Shown one piece after another: positions 19,527-29,506 of a stretch of 64,000 nucleotides of DNA. The notes under the pieces were generated by a model that made no database searches, was not told the origin of the DNA, and saw nothing but the letters and a program-made list of their open reading frames with translations. Position numbers and translations under genes: made by a program. Position 1 is the stretch's first letter. Each line of letters begins with the position of its first letter. Origin of the DNA: Alistipes sp. (GTDB lineage: Bacteria > Bacteroidota > Bacteroidia > Bacteroidales > Rikenellaceae); NCBI GenBank assembly GCA_045633445.1, contig JAZQYI010000003.1, forward strand, positions 63,733 through 127,732, read 5' to 3'.

Positions 19527-22500
19527 CTATCTAGTCATTAACGAATAATCATAGTCACCGATAATCTCCGTGCTTGAGTATGTTCTACCGAAGCGGTCGG
19601 TAGCCTCAACACGAATCTGGGCATTTTTATTCTTCAGCGTATATTTATATATATGGAAGCAGTTAGAGAGGTAGTTTGCGCGGCCACCGCCAACATAACC
19701 ACGACCCACAACACCAATATGGTAGCCAATAGCCCACCAATCCTGGCTTGAAGAGGTGCTTGGCTTGGTTGGATTACCAGCAGATGGCGATGTCTTATTA
19801 TTCGGAATCATAGTCATTGTTCCGCTATACACACCATCCTCGTAGACCTTAACTGTCCACTTATTATCGGCGTTGAAGACATTTGCAAGCAGGACATTGT
19901 CACCAAACTGCAGCTCAAACTTCTCGTGCTCGCCACCACACTTAAGGTTACCACGGTAGAGGCGCATCTGGTAGTCGCGGTCGTTCATACCGGCGTTTAC
20001 GCCCTTGTAGTACCAGTTTGTAATGGTATTGCCGTCAATATCGTAGACACCATAACCATTAGGAGCGCCATCGCCATTTACCCTTGACCACCACCAGTTA
20101 CCACACACTGCTGCGTGTACGTGCTCAAAGATACCACCAGAGCGCGTAGGTTCATTACGAGAGTAGTGAGTATGGCCTGACATAATATGAGCTTCCTTGA
20201 ACTGCTTAAGCAACGTGATAACCTTTTGGACATTCTTATTGCTTGAGTTCAACAGCGGAATATGTACGCAGAAGATAACCATCTTATCTTTAGGTACATA
20301 CTGCAGATCCTGGCGCAACCAGTTGTACTGCTCGTCGGTAAAGCACATAGAGTAGTTTGCTGCATCTTTATTAGAGTTCCACTGCATATTTCGCATACAT
20401 ACAATATGCACATCTCCACGATCCCACGAGTAGTCGATAGGGCCAAAGACCGCCTCAAATGCACGCTGCGCCTTCATATTGTAGGTAGAAGAGGTCTCGT
20501 CAGCACTAATAGAGACTGACGAACTGAAGAATGTATAGTCGTGGTTACCCATTGTCTGGAAGATAGGCATACCAATATTACTATTTGACATATGTGTACG
20601 CAGGTGCGGCATCTGAGACACACAATTTCGAGTACCCTCAGAGTATGCAACATCGCCCAATGTAACACCATAGCAAGGTATACCCTTTGTTGCGATATGA
20701 GCCTTTACATCAGGCACACACTCTGTATTGAAACGGTTGCGATGTGCTGCATCCTTACACTGTGGGTCAGCAAGACAGAAGAGTGCAAACTTGCTCTCCT
20801 TGCCATTTGGCAACTTCTTAAGGGTAAAGTTATAAGTTGTCCTACTCTCTAAATATTTCTCAAAGAATGCCGGCTGGCCATAGCTATTAATTGGCACCTG
20901 GCAATCTGCAGGAACGGTGTAATATATATAGTAGGTATCTTGACGAACTGTAAGCGAGTACTTACCCTCGGCATCAGTCTGTGTAACCTCAAATCCATCA
21001 GATACCGATACGCCGACTGCAGGAGTACCATCCTCATACTTAAGATAACCGCTTACAACATCTGCTGCAGGGGCGTCCTCAAGTTTGTCAACATAGATTC
21101 TCACGTCGTCAAGTAGGATTCGGCTGGTTGCTGTCGGCGCTGCACCACCACCCAATGAGATTGATGCACCAGAAGGAACATCAGTAAGGGTTACGGTGTA
21201 CTCACGCCAATCCCAAATCTCCTTTGAGGTCAGTTCGAGCTTATGCTCGCTAATAACACCCTGATAGTTCATTCGGTAGTCAGATGCCAACGACGGCTTT
21301 GCAAGCGCACGAACGCTCATAAGTCGCTCGCTCTCACTGACAGCATATGAGCTGGCACTACCATAAGGAATAGCCTTGAAAACGACGCGCAATGTCGCTA
21401 TCTTACCCTGCGGAATGGCTGTGAGCGCTGGAGTACAAACGTGTGAACAGTTAGCCGTAGTACCAATCTTTAGATAACCCGTGCGCGCGCATACGGAGCC
21501 ACCATTAGCGTCACTCTTGCCACCAATCCAGCCCCACTTTGTAAAACCGTAGTCGTCAACAAGGTTCTTCATTGTATTAAACAGACCAATCTCGGTGCTT
21601 GAAGGGGCGGCATAGAAGCCTGTGCTGCTCGATACAATCTCTCCCTTGAGTGGGGCAATTTCGGTAAGCTTATTTCTATCTGTACGAGACACACCCGCTG
21701 CATACGAGGACATATCTCCCGCATAGACAAGCGATGCGAAGTTCTCAAAGAGAATCAAATCTCCCGCCTTAGCATTGCTGGCAACAACCTTTGATGGATC
21801 AACAACAGTCGCTGCGGTTGTAAACTCGACAACGTTTGACTCATAGCCATCAGTAGTATCCCACACCTTTGCATAGTACTTTGTACTTGGTGCAAGGCCT
21901 GTAAATATAAATCGTGGCGGGGTAATAACGGATGTAAATACTGAACCGCCATTGAGTTTATCATCCTTAATATCACTCACACTCACGATAAGGTCTGTGC
22001 AGGCTGCATCACGGTAGAGTGCCACCTTGTAGACCTTGGTAATATCTACAGAGTAGTTCGCAGACTCACTTGGGCGCACCTGATTGATATATGGAATGTT
22101 TGACGGAGTGATTGTCCAGCCAATAACACCTGTAGAGTCTGTAGCGCGAATAAATTTTGCCACCAAGTTGCTCTCGGCGACATAACAACCATCCTCTAAC
22201 TGGCCATATGTATTTACCTTCGTAAATTTAGTAACGTCGAGATTAAGGGTGTAGATATATCCCGCCTCGAAGTTCTTTGTAGGACGCTTGCAGAATGTGT
22301 AAGAGCCACGGTCTGTCTTGATAATATAGAACACCTTACCCTCTGCGGCCGTCCAAGCCACAGGAGCAACCAGTGCCCAACCATCGGTCGAAGATCCTGC
22401 CTCTGGATTCTGATAGTTGACCGTAACGGAACTCTCCGATGCTGTTGCGATTGTAAGAGAGTTTACATCTACAGTTGCTACGCCCGACAACTTGTCATTC

Positions 22501-23156
22501 TCGGCGCTCATTGTAACAGAGAGAATCTTCTCGTTATCTGCCACCTTGATATTGAAGCGGGCAACAGATCCTAACATCTTAAAGTCGAACGACTGGCCAT
22601 TATTCGATGTTGTACCAATCATAATATTACGATCCACATCGCTCTGACCAACAATACCCGAATAGCGCTGTGCAGTCGGGATATTTACGCGCAAAACACC
22701 CTCGAATGAGTCACTTGCAGCTCGAGTATCATCCCACGGAGTATCCTGGTGACCAAGCGACGGCAGCGTAGCTCCTGCAGAGCTATTGCTGAACATAGCT
22801 GCCGAATATGGATATACACCATAGAGAGGCTTCGACTCACCAAATGTAACACCCTTTGACTCGTCAGCAACAACAAATGTCGCCACATCGCTACTCTCAC
22901 CCGAGTCGAGGTTGTACTTTGCAAGACTCTGACCATCAGTCACAGCAAGGCAGTCTGATGAGTGCCAGTAGATGTTCAAATCACCATCCGCACCCAATAT
23001 TGAGAAGGTGCGCGAATCCTCATTTACAATCTTTGCCGTAAAAGAGTCTATCTTACGACCACGAACAATATCTAAACTCTCCTCTGTATCAACACAACCA
23101 ACAGCTGCGAGCAGAGCCACTACCGAAATAAGTAAAAATCGCTTCATAACTTCCAT
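19527..23156 (-). CDS. Surface lipoprotein with fimbrillin (Mfa-like) N-terminal domain fused to a calcineurin-like metallophosphoesterase
   Basis: Lipobox AAVGC; fimbrillin-like pattern (YW..SD.LAV, YGVYPY, IPTAQRY, FKMLGSVARFNI, FEAGYIYTLNL); C-terminal CLADPQ/LGDV/MGNHD/SGHTH. Confidence 0.82.
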   Translation of the reverse strand: MEVMKRFLLISVVALLAAVGCVDTEESLDIVRGRKIDSFTAKIVNEDSRTFSILGADGDLNIYWHSSDCLAVTDGQSLAKYNLDSGESSDVATFVVADESKGVTFGESKPLYGVYPYSAAMFSNSSAGATLPSLGHQDTPWDDTRAASDSFEGVLRVNIPTAQRYSGIVGQSDVDRNIMIGTTSNNGQSFDFKMLGSVARFNIKVADNEKILSVTMSAENDKLSGVATVDVNSLTIATASESSVTVNYQNPEAGSSTDGWALVAPVAWTAAEGKVFYIIKTDRGSYTFCKRPTKNFEAGYIYTLNLDVTKFTKVNTYGQLEDGCYVAESNLVAKFIRATDSTGVIGWTITPSNIPYINQVRPSESANYSVDITKVYKVALYRDAACTDLIVSVSDIKDDKLNGGSVFTSVITPPRFIFTGLAPSTKYYAKVWDTTDGYESNVVEFTTAATVVDPSKVVASNAKAGDLILFENFASLVYAGDMSSYAAGVSRTDRNKLTEIAPLKGEIVSSSTGFYAAPSSTEIGLFNTMKNLVDDYGFTKWGWIGGKSDANGGSVCARTGYLKIGTTANCSHVCTPALTAIPQGKIATLRVVFKAIPYGSASSYAVSESERLMSVRALAKPSLASDYRMNYQGVISEHKLELTSKEIWDWREYTVTLTDVPSGASISLGGGAAPTATSRILLDDVRIYVDKLEDAPAADVVSGYLKYEDGTPAVGVSVSDGFEVTQTDAEGKYSLTVRQDTYYIYYTVPADCQVPINSYGQPAFFEKYLESRTTYNFTLKKLPNGKESKFALFCLADPQCKDAAHRNRFNTECVPDVKAHIATKGIPCYGVTLGDVAYSEGTRNCVSQMPHLRTHMSNSNIGMPIFQTMGNHDYTFFSSSVSISADETSSTYNMKAQRAFEAVFGPIDYSWDRGDVHIVCMRNMQWNSNKDAANYSMCFTDEQYNWLRQDLQYVPKDKMVIFCVHIPLLNSSNKNVQKVITLLKQFKEAHIMSGHTHYSRNEPTRSGGIFEHVHAAVCGNWWWSRVNGDGAPNGYGVYDIDGNTITNWYYKGVNAGMNDRDYQMRLYRGNLKCGGEHEKFELQFGDNVLLANVFNADNKWTVKVYEDGVYSGTMTMIPNNKTSPSAGNPTKPSTSSSQDWWAIGYHIGVVGRGYVGGGRANYLSNCFHIYKYTLKNKNAQIRVEATDRFGRTYSSTEIIGDYDYSLMTR

Positions 23157-23159
23157 TCT

Positions 23160-23303
23160 CTACCAAGCGTCACCGCCATTGTCATAATCCAATATGCTAT
23201 CCTTATCCGCTCCTGGCATATTGTCAGGAATATCCGACTCCGCAAAGCCTCGCTCTGCGATGAACTGATAGTCTACCACCTCTGGTTTTAAGTACATTTT
23301 CAT
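23160..23303 (-). CDS. Small 47-aa peptide, first ORF of the phosphoesterase operon
   Basis: Below the ORF track cutoff. Manual translation MKMYLKPEVVDYQFIAERGFAESDIPDNMPGADKDSILDYDNGGDAW*; stop is 3 nt before the next start; -7 promoter lies upstream. Confidence 0.7.
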   Translation of the reverse strand: MKMYLKPEVVDYQFIAERGFAESDIPDNMPGADKDSILDYDNGGDAW

Positions 23304-23352
23304 ATAGGTCTAAGTTTTAAGTTTTCGGCTATAAATATCCTAAGATATTTAA

Positions 23353-23360
23353 CAAAGGTA
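23353..23360 (-). promoter_or_regulatory. -7 promoter element for the peptide-phosphoesterase operon
   Basis: TACCTTTG on the minus strand about 50 nt upstream of the small ORF. Confidence 0.65.
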
Positions 23361-23424
23361 AGAATAAAAATTCAGAATGCAAAATTTTAGTTATTGACTT
23401 ACTTTCTGCGACCCTTCACTACTC

Positions 23425-23725
23425 CGCTCGGCATATAAAACAACGAAGGGCTGTACTTGTCCGTACAACCCTATTTGTCGCCAGAATGCTGTAGTGGGCG
23501 TGCATCGCAAAAGAAACCCCTTTAGGATAGTAGTAAAACCTACAGCCCAAAAGGGATTGCTTTTAGAGATGTGCGACTAATGCTGTATTTTCACGATAAA
23601 TTTGTTGTCAAAATGTGTTAGAGATGGTGCATCGTGCAAAAAATTAGTGGCGGATAGTACAAAACGTACAGCCGCCACTGATTTTTAAGCGATGTGCCAT
23701 ATATGACACATTTTCACGACAAATT
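23425..23725 (+). repeat. Cluster 3 of the nested-palindrome element family (truncated type B plus two head-to-tail type A elements)
   Basis: Half element at 23425-23472. Elements 23473-23601 and 23600-23724 share the AT junction in CACGATAAATTTGTTGTC. Confidence 0.9.
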
Positions 23726-24929
23726 AGCCCAGGAAGGCAAGCAGAATACCAGCCGCCACCGCCGAACCTACAACACCTGCAACGTTTGGACCCATTGCGT
23801 GCATAAGCAGGAAGTTTGACTTGTCGTACTCCTGACCTACTGTCTGAGATACACGTGCTGCCATAGGCACTGCAGATACACCTGCAGAACCGATGAGTGG
23901 GTTGATCTTCTTACCCTCCTTAGCGAAGAGGTTCATAAGCTTAGCAAGAAGAACACCACCTGCAGTACCGCAACTAAACGCGAGGATACCAAGAACGAGG
24001 ATACCCAGGGTCTTGAAGTTGAGGAATGAATCTGCAGTAGCAGTAGCACCTACAGAGATACCGAGGAAGATAACCACGATATTCATCAGCTCGTTCTGAA
24101 CAGTCTTAGAAAGACGGTCAACAACACCGCACTCCTTGATAAGGTTACCAAGCATCAGACAGCCTACGAGTGGTGCAGCAGATGGGAGGAGCAGTGAGAT
24201 AACGATAGCAATGATGATTGGGAAGAGGATCTTCTCAGTCTTAGATACCTGGCGAAGCTGTGACATCTTAATCTTACGCTCTGCATCTGTTGTCAGCGCA
24301 CGCATAATTGGTGGCTGAATAACTGGTACGAGTGCCATATAAGAGTAAGCAGCGATAGCGATAGGGCCAAGGAGCTCTGGAGCAAGGCGAGCGGTAAGGA
24401 AGATAGATGTTGGGCCATCTGCACCACCAATAATACCGATAGAACCACACTCATTTGGAGCGAATCCCAACGCATAAGCACCGAGGAATGTAGCGAAGAT
24501 ACCCAACTGAGCAGCAGCACCCAAGAGGAAGCTCTTAGGGTTAGCAATCAGTGGACCGAAGTCTGTCATTGCACCTACACCAACGAAGATAAGACAAGGA
24601 TAGATACCGAGCTTAACACCGAGGTAGAGGTAGTCAAGAAGACCGCCAGTCTTGTAGAGATCATACCAATCGATCTGTCCCTCATCAAAAAGGGCTGGGT
24701 GGAACATATCCGCGCCAGGAAGATTGGTAAGCAGCATACCGAAAGCGATAGGGAGCAGCAGCAGTGGCTCAAACTGCTTCTTGATTGCCAAGTAGAGCAG
24801 GAAGCAAGCCAGTGCAATCATCACTGCAAACTTCCAACCACCCTCAGCAAAGAAGGCTCCAAAACCCGAAGTCTCAACGAATTTAGCAAGACTTTCGAGG
24901 ATAAAGCTTGATTCCAATAAAGCTGTCAT
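23724..24929 (-). CDS. mmdB: Na+-translocating decarboxylase beta subunit
   Basis: [36 protein letters not shown] and [10 protein letters not shown] motifs; located in the mmd operon. Confidence 0.93.
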   Translation of the reverse strand: MTALLESSFILESLAKFVETSGFGAFFAEGGWKFAVMIALACFLLYLAIKKQFEPLLLLPIAFGMLLTNLPGADMFHPALFDEGQIDWYDLYKTGGLLDYLYLGVKLGIYPCLIFVGVGAMTDFGPLIANPKSFLLGAAAQLGIFATFLGAYALGFAPNECGSIGIIGGADGPTSIFLTARLAPELLGPIAIAAYSYMALVPVIQPPIMRALTTDAERKIKMSQLRQVSKTEKILFPIIIAIVISLLLPSAAPLVGCLMLGNLIKECGVVDRLSKTVQNELMNIVVIFLGISVGATATADSFLNFKTLGILVLGILAFSCGTAGGVLLAKLMNLFAKEGKKINPLIGSAGVSAVPMAARVSQTVGQEYDKSNFLLMHAMGPNVAGVVGSAVAAGILLAFLG

Positions 24930-24933
24930 AGTG

Positions 24934-25389
24934 TTACTCGATAACGATTAATGTATCACCCTCCATTACGGTTGCACCAGCTGCAACGAGAATCTGCTTA
25001 ACAACACCACCGCGCTCAGCGTCGATATTGTTCTCCATCTTCATTGCCTCGAGTACAAGCAGAGTCTGACCAGCTGCTACAGTATCACCCTCCTTAACGT
25101 TGATAGCGATAACTGTACCTGGCAGTGGGCAAGTAACCTTAGCACCTGTTGCTACAGGAGCTGCTGCTGGCTTAGATGCGATAGGAGTCTTAGGGGTTAC
25201 AGAGAGACCTGTAGCTGCTGGAGCAGGTACTACAGCTGGCTTCTTAGTGCCAGTAGCCTTACCACCCTCAATCTCAACATCGTACTTTGTACCGTTTACA
25301 GTTACGTGAGCCAAAGTAGATGCCTCGTTAATGTCGTCAATCTTTACTTCGTACTGATTGCCGTTGATTTTCAATGAATATTTTTTCAT
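24934..25389 (-). CDS. mmdC: Biotin carboxyl carrier (gamma) subunit
   Basis: Ala/Pro linker and EAMKM biotinylation motif. Confidence 0.92.
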   Translation of the reverse strand: MKKYSLKINGNQYEVKIDDINEASTLAHVTVNGTKYDVEIEGGKATGTKKPAVVPAPAATGLSVTPKTPIASKPAAAPVATGAKVTCPLPGTVIAINVKEGDTVAAGQTLLVLEAMKMENNIDAERGGVVKQILVAAGATVMEGDTLIVIE

Positions 25390-25401
25390 AGTTCGTTCAA
25401 A

Positions 25402-25755
25402 TTATTTTTTCTCAGGTACCTGAGTGAGTCCGTGAATCTTAGAGTTCCAAGGCGAGTATGCACGAGTGATACGGTTGATGGTAAGCATCTCCGACTCCTG
25501 GTCGTGCAGCGCGCTCTTATAGAGCTTGAGTGCGGTAATAATTGCCGCAGCAATCTCCTGATCGCTAATTGCGTGGTCGAGTGCTGGCTCTGTTGTAGCA
25601 GCAGCTGCCGCCTTTGGCTTACGATCGCGAGTAAAGAACCAACCCATCAGACGCATAACGTAGATGAGCAGTACCAATACCGCAAAGACCAAAAGGAAGC
25701 CGATAAGCGCCATAAGCAGCATCTCTGACCATCCTGCATTTGCTAATTTATCCAT
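25402..25755 (-). CDS. mmdD: OadG-family (delta) subunit of the decarboxylase
   Basis: Single N-terminal TM helix, Ala-rich linker, EIAAAIITAL motif; operon position. Confidence 0.82.
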   Translation of the reverse strand: MDKLANAGWSEMLLMALIGFLLVFAVLVLLIYVMRLMGWFFTRDRKPKAAAAATTEPALDHAISDQEIAAAIITALKLYKSALHDQESEMLTINRITRAYSPWNSKIHGLTQVPEKK

Positions 25756-25769
25756 AATTCAAACGTTTT

Positions 25770-27332
25770 TTACAATGGAATGTTAGAGTGTTTCTTAGCA
25801 GGGTTCTGCAGACGCTTTGTAGCAAGTGACTGGAGAGCACGGATGATGCGGAAACGAGTGTTACGTGGCTCGATTACATCATCGATATAGCCGTAGCGTG
25901 CTGCATTGTATGGGTTAGAGAACAGATCCTTGTACTCCTGCTCCTTCTCTGCAACGAACTTAGCCTTCTCTGCTGGATCGGTGAATGCTGCAAGCTGCTT
26001 AGCGTAGAGTACCTCTACTGCACCTGATGCACCCATAACTGCGATCTCTGCCATTGGCCAAGCGTAGTTGATATCACCGCGGATGTGCTTAGATGACATA
26101 ACGATGTATGCACCACCGTAAGCCTTACGCAGAGTAACTGTTACCTTAGGCACTGTAGCCTCGCAGTATGCGAACAGAAGCTTAGCACCGTGGGTGATAA
26201 CACCACCGTACTCCTGGGTTGTACCTGGGAGGAAGCCTGGAACGTCAACGAGGGTTACGATAGGAATATTGAACGCGTCGCAGAAACGAACGAAACGAGC
26301 AGCCTTACGAGATGCGTTGATATCGAGTACACCTGCCATAAACTTAGGCTGGTTAGCAATGATACCTACGCTCTGGCCGTTGAAGCGAGCAAAGCAAGTG
26401 ATGATGTTCTTTGCATAAGCTGCTGCAGACTCAAGATAGTCACCGTTATCAACGATAGCCTTGATAACATCGTACATATCGTATGCCTGGTTCGGGTTAT
26501 CAGGGATAATCTCGTTGAGTGAATCCTCAAGGCGTGCGATAGAGTCTGTGCAAACTGCAAGTGGAGCATCCTCCATATTGTTCTGAGGCATGTAAGAGAT
26601 GAGCTTGCGGATAAGTGCAATACCCTCCTCCTCAGTATCTACTGCGAACTGAGCAACACCAGACTTTGTAGCGTGAACAGTTGCACCACCGAGCTGCTCC
26701 TGAGTTACATCCTCACCTGTAACGGTCTTAACAACCTTAGGACCGGTAAGGAACATATTTGAGGTGTTCTTCTTCATGATGATGAAGTCGGTAAGTGCTG
26801 GAGAGTAAACCGCACCACCTGCGCAAGGACCGAAGATAGCTGAGATCTGTGGGATAACACCAGATGCCATTACGTTACGCTGGAAGATGTTTGCGTAACC
26901 AGCAAGTGCGTTTACACCCTCCTGGATACGAGCACCACCTGAATCGTTCAGACCGATACAAGGAGCACCATTGCGCATTGCCATATCCATAACCTTGCAA
27001 ATCTTGTCTGCAAGAGCGAGTGACAATGAACCAGCAGTAACTGTAAAGTCCTGTGCAAATACATATACAAGGCGACCCTCGATAGTACCGTAACCTGTTA
27101 CAACGCCATCACCAAAGGTGTGCTTCTTCTCCATACCGAAGTCGTAGCAACGGTGTGTTACGAACATATCAAACTCCTCGAAGCTGCCCTCATCAAGCAA
27201 CATCTGGATACGCTCACGAGCAGTAAACTTACCCTTCTCGTGCTGCTTCTCAATAGCCTTCTCGCCACCACCCATACGAGCAATCTCACGATTCTCGATG
27301 AGTTTGTTGATCTTATTCTGAATTTCGCTCAT
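25770..27332 (-). CDS. mmdA: Methylmalonyl-CoA decarboxylase alpha (carboxyltransferase) subunit
   Basis: [39 protein letters not shown] and RKAYGGAY motifs. Confidence 0.93.
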   Translation of the reverse strand: MSEIQNKINKLIENREIARMGGGEKAIEKQHEKGKFTARERIQMLLDEGSFEEFDMFVTHRCYDFGMEKKHTFGDGVVTGYGTIEGRLVYVFAQDFTVTAGSLSLALADKICKVMDMAMRNGAPCIGLNDSGGARIQEGVNALAGYANIFQRNVMASGVIPQISAIFGPCAGGAVYSPALTDFIIMKKNTSNMFLTGPKVVKTVTGEDVTQEQLGGATVHATKSGVAQFAVDTEEEGIALIRKLISYMPQNNMEDAPLAVCTDSIARLEDSLNEIIPDNPNQAYDMYDVIKAIVDNGDYLESAAAYAKNIITCFARFNGQSVGIIANQPKFMAGVLDINASRKAARFVRFCDAFNIPIVTLVDVPGFLPGTTQEYGGVITHGAKLLFAYCEATVPKVTVTLRKAYGGAYIVMSSKHIRGDINYAWPMAEIAVMGASGAVEVLYAKQLAAFTDPAEKAKFVAEKEQEYKDLFSNPYNAARYGYIDDVIEPRNTRFRIIRALQSLATKRLQNPAKKHSNIPL

Positions 27333-27353
27333 AATATTATATGAAATTAAAAA

Positions 27354-27758
27354 TTACTTCTTCTCGCAGAGCTCGGTAAGGATACCCTGAGTTGACTTTG
27401 GATGGAGGAATGCGATAGTCATATCGTCAGCACCCTTGCGTGGAGTAGCGTCGATAAGACGAAGGCCCTTCTCAGTTGCATCTGCAAGCTGCTCCTCGAT
27501 ATTCTCAACAGCAAGTGCCATGTGGTGAATACCGATACCCTTGTTCTCTACAAACTTTGCAATTGTTGAGTCCTCTGAAGTTGCCTCCAAAAGCTCAATC
27601 TTAGTCTGACCAAGCATAAAGAATGCTGTACGCACCTTCTGGTCTGCAACCTCCTCGATCTTGTAGCACTCAAGACCCAATACATTCTCCCAGTAAGGGA
27701 TAGCTTCATCAAGGCTCTTCACTGCGATACCCAGATGCTCAATGTGAGATACTTTCAT
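27354..27758 (-). CDS. mce: Methylmalonyl-CoA epimerase
   Basis: IEHLGIAV, KIELLE, GIHHMALAV, FLHPKST and TELCE motifs (VOC fold). Confidence 0.95.
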   Translation of the reverse strand: MKVSHIEHLGIAVKSLDEAIPYWENVLGLECYKIEEVADQKVRTAFFMLGQTKIELLEATSEDSTIAKFVENKGIGIHHMALAVENIEEQLADATEKGLRLIDATPRKGADDMTIAFLHPKSTQGILTELCEKK

Positions 27759-27939
27759 AGTGATTAGTGTTAAAATGTTAAATTATGTTTGTGTTTAGTT
27801 GTGACTAATGTACAAAACCTCGCAAAGGTAACTCTTTTTTTGGGGTAAAAAAAATAATTCCGTAGGAATTTTACAAAAAATCATCTATTCGCAAAAGATG
27901 TTGGATTTTTGAGAAAAAAGACCTATCTTCGTGGTTCGT

Positions 27940-28404
27940 ATGAGAGTAAAATTGACAATACTTATCTTTGCACTCTGTGCGTGGGGAGCAACCACGGCGC
28001 AAAATGTCGCTATTGGTGAGCGTGTACCAAAGGTAAAATCCTTTAAGTACACCATCGACAAGGGCGAGTACCTCTATATGGGTTTTGTCCACTCTCCGTC
28101 ACGTCCGTGCGAGATTTCTGCACCAAAAATCAGCGAATTAATCAACAGCTTTGAGCAGATTTCTGCAGTTCTCTTTACTCGCGAGCAGCAGGGTGAGTGC
28201 GAGCAGTGGCTGATAGACGCCTTCCTCAACGGCAGCCAAGTTCAGATGGGTGCCGATGAGATTTTTCAAAAATTCGGAGTAGACTACGCTCCGTATGGTG
28301 TAATTTTGAACTACAAGCGAAGAGCCCTTTGGCAGGGTAATCCGCAGACTTTGGATAAAACAAAAATTGACAATATACTACAACAATGGACTTCTCAAAA
28401 ATAG
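27940..28404 (+). CDS. Secreted thioredoxin-like (TlpA-type) protein with SxxC motif
   Basis: Signal peptide, then IGERVP and FVHSPSRPC aligning by eye to the FWATWCGPC motif, plus a cis-Pro-like YAPYGVILN segment. Confidence 0.5.
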   Translation: MRVKLTILIFALCAWGATTAQNVAIGERVPKVKSFKYTIDKGEYLYMGFVHSPSRPCEISAPKISELINSFEQISAVLFTREQQGECEQWLIDAFLNGSQVQMGADEIFQKFGVDYAPYGVILNYKRRALWQGNPQTLDKTKIDNILQQWTSQK

Positions 28405-29495
28405 AGCACTACGAAAATGAGTATCTTGATACTCACCATGACAGCGCACTGGCTGTAACTACTGGCGTTGAGGATCAGCCGATGGTAAATCCATACTTTG
28501 TTCGCAAGCGTAAACGCAAGCTAACAACAGACGAGTATGTTGAGGGTATTCTGAACCGCAACATTACCATCCTCTCACAGGCTATCACCCTGATTGAGAG
28601 CAATAATCCAGACCACTACGCACAGGCTCAAGAGATTATCGAGCGCTGTCTGCCATATGCCGGCAACTCTATCCGTATCGGTATTACAGGCGTACCTGGC
28701 GCGGGAAAATCGACCTTTATTGAGGCGGTGGGAAATATGATTACCTCTATGCACCACCGTCTTGCCGTGCTTGCCATCGACCCAAGTTCTGAGCGCAGTG
28801 GAGGCTCGATTTTGGGTGATAAGACCCGCATGGAGAGCATCTGCAACAACCCCGATGTCTTTGTTCGCCCTTCGCCATCTGCAGGCTCACTCGGTGGTGT
28901 GGCTCGCAAGACCCGCGAAACGGTTGTGCTCTGCGAGGCAGCGGGCTTTGATGTAATCTTTATTGAAACCGTCGGCGTAGGTCAGTCCGAGACCGCCGTA
29001 CACTCTATGGTCGATATGTTTATGATGCTCCAGATTTCAGGTGCTGGCGATGAGTTGCAGGGTATCAAGCGAGGCATTATGGAGATGGCCGATATTATGG
29101 TTATCACAAAGGCTGATGGCGAAAATGTGCACAAAGCAGGACTGGCTAAAGTGCAGTATCAGAATGCTTTACACCTCTTCCCCACCCCTGAGTCGGGTTG
29201 GAATGCAAAGGTCTATACCTGCTCGTCTGTTGACAAGACTGGTCTTGAGGAGATTTGGAGTGGTGTGGAGGACTTTTTGGAGCACATCAAGCGCAATGGA
29301 TACTTCGATTCGCACCGCAACGAGCAGAATAAATATTGGATGTATGAGAGTATCAACGAGGCGCTCAAGAGCAGCTTCTACCTCAACCCAGAGATTGAGA
29401 GCCGCATAGCCGATGTTGAGAGCCGAGTACTCGATGCAAAGTTGAGCTCGTTTATCGCAGCCAAGGAGCTTTTGGACATATATTTTAAGAAGTAA
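28386..29495 (+). CDS. meaB: Methylmalonyl-CoA mutase-associated GTPase
   Basis: [34 protein letters not shown] and [10 protein letters not shown] motifs. Confidence 0.96.
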   Translation: MDFSKIEHYENEYLDTHHDSALAVTTGVEDQPMVNPYFVRKRKRKLTTDEYVEGILNRNITILSQAITLIESNNPDHYAQAQEIIERCLPYAGNSIRIGITGVPGAGKSTFIEAVGNMITSMHHRLAVLAIDPSSERSGGSILGDKTRMESICNNPDVFVRPSPSAGSLGGVARKTRETVVLCEAAGFDVIFIETVGVGQSETAVHSMVDMFMMLQISGAGDELQGIKRGIMEMADIMVITKADGENVHKAGLAKVQYQNALHLFPTPESGWNAKVYTCSSVDKTGLEEIWSGVEDFLEHIKRNGYFDSHRNEQNKYWMYESINEALKSSFYLNPEIESRIADVESRVLDAKLSSFIAAKELLDIYFKK

Positions 29496-29506
29496 ATCAC
29501 ACAACT

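Noticed and set aside
16619-23724. Elements as integron attC sites
   Set aside because: The box/loop/variable-stem layout is reminiscent, but there is no paired RYYYAAC...GTTRRRY at the ends, no integrase, and two of the abutting genes (dusB, mmdB) are core genes.
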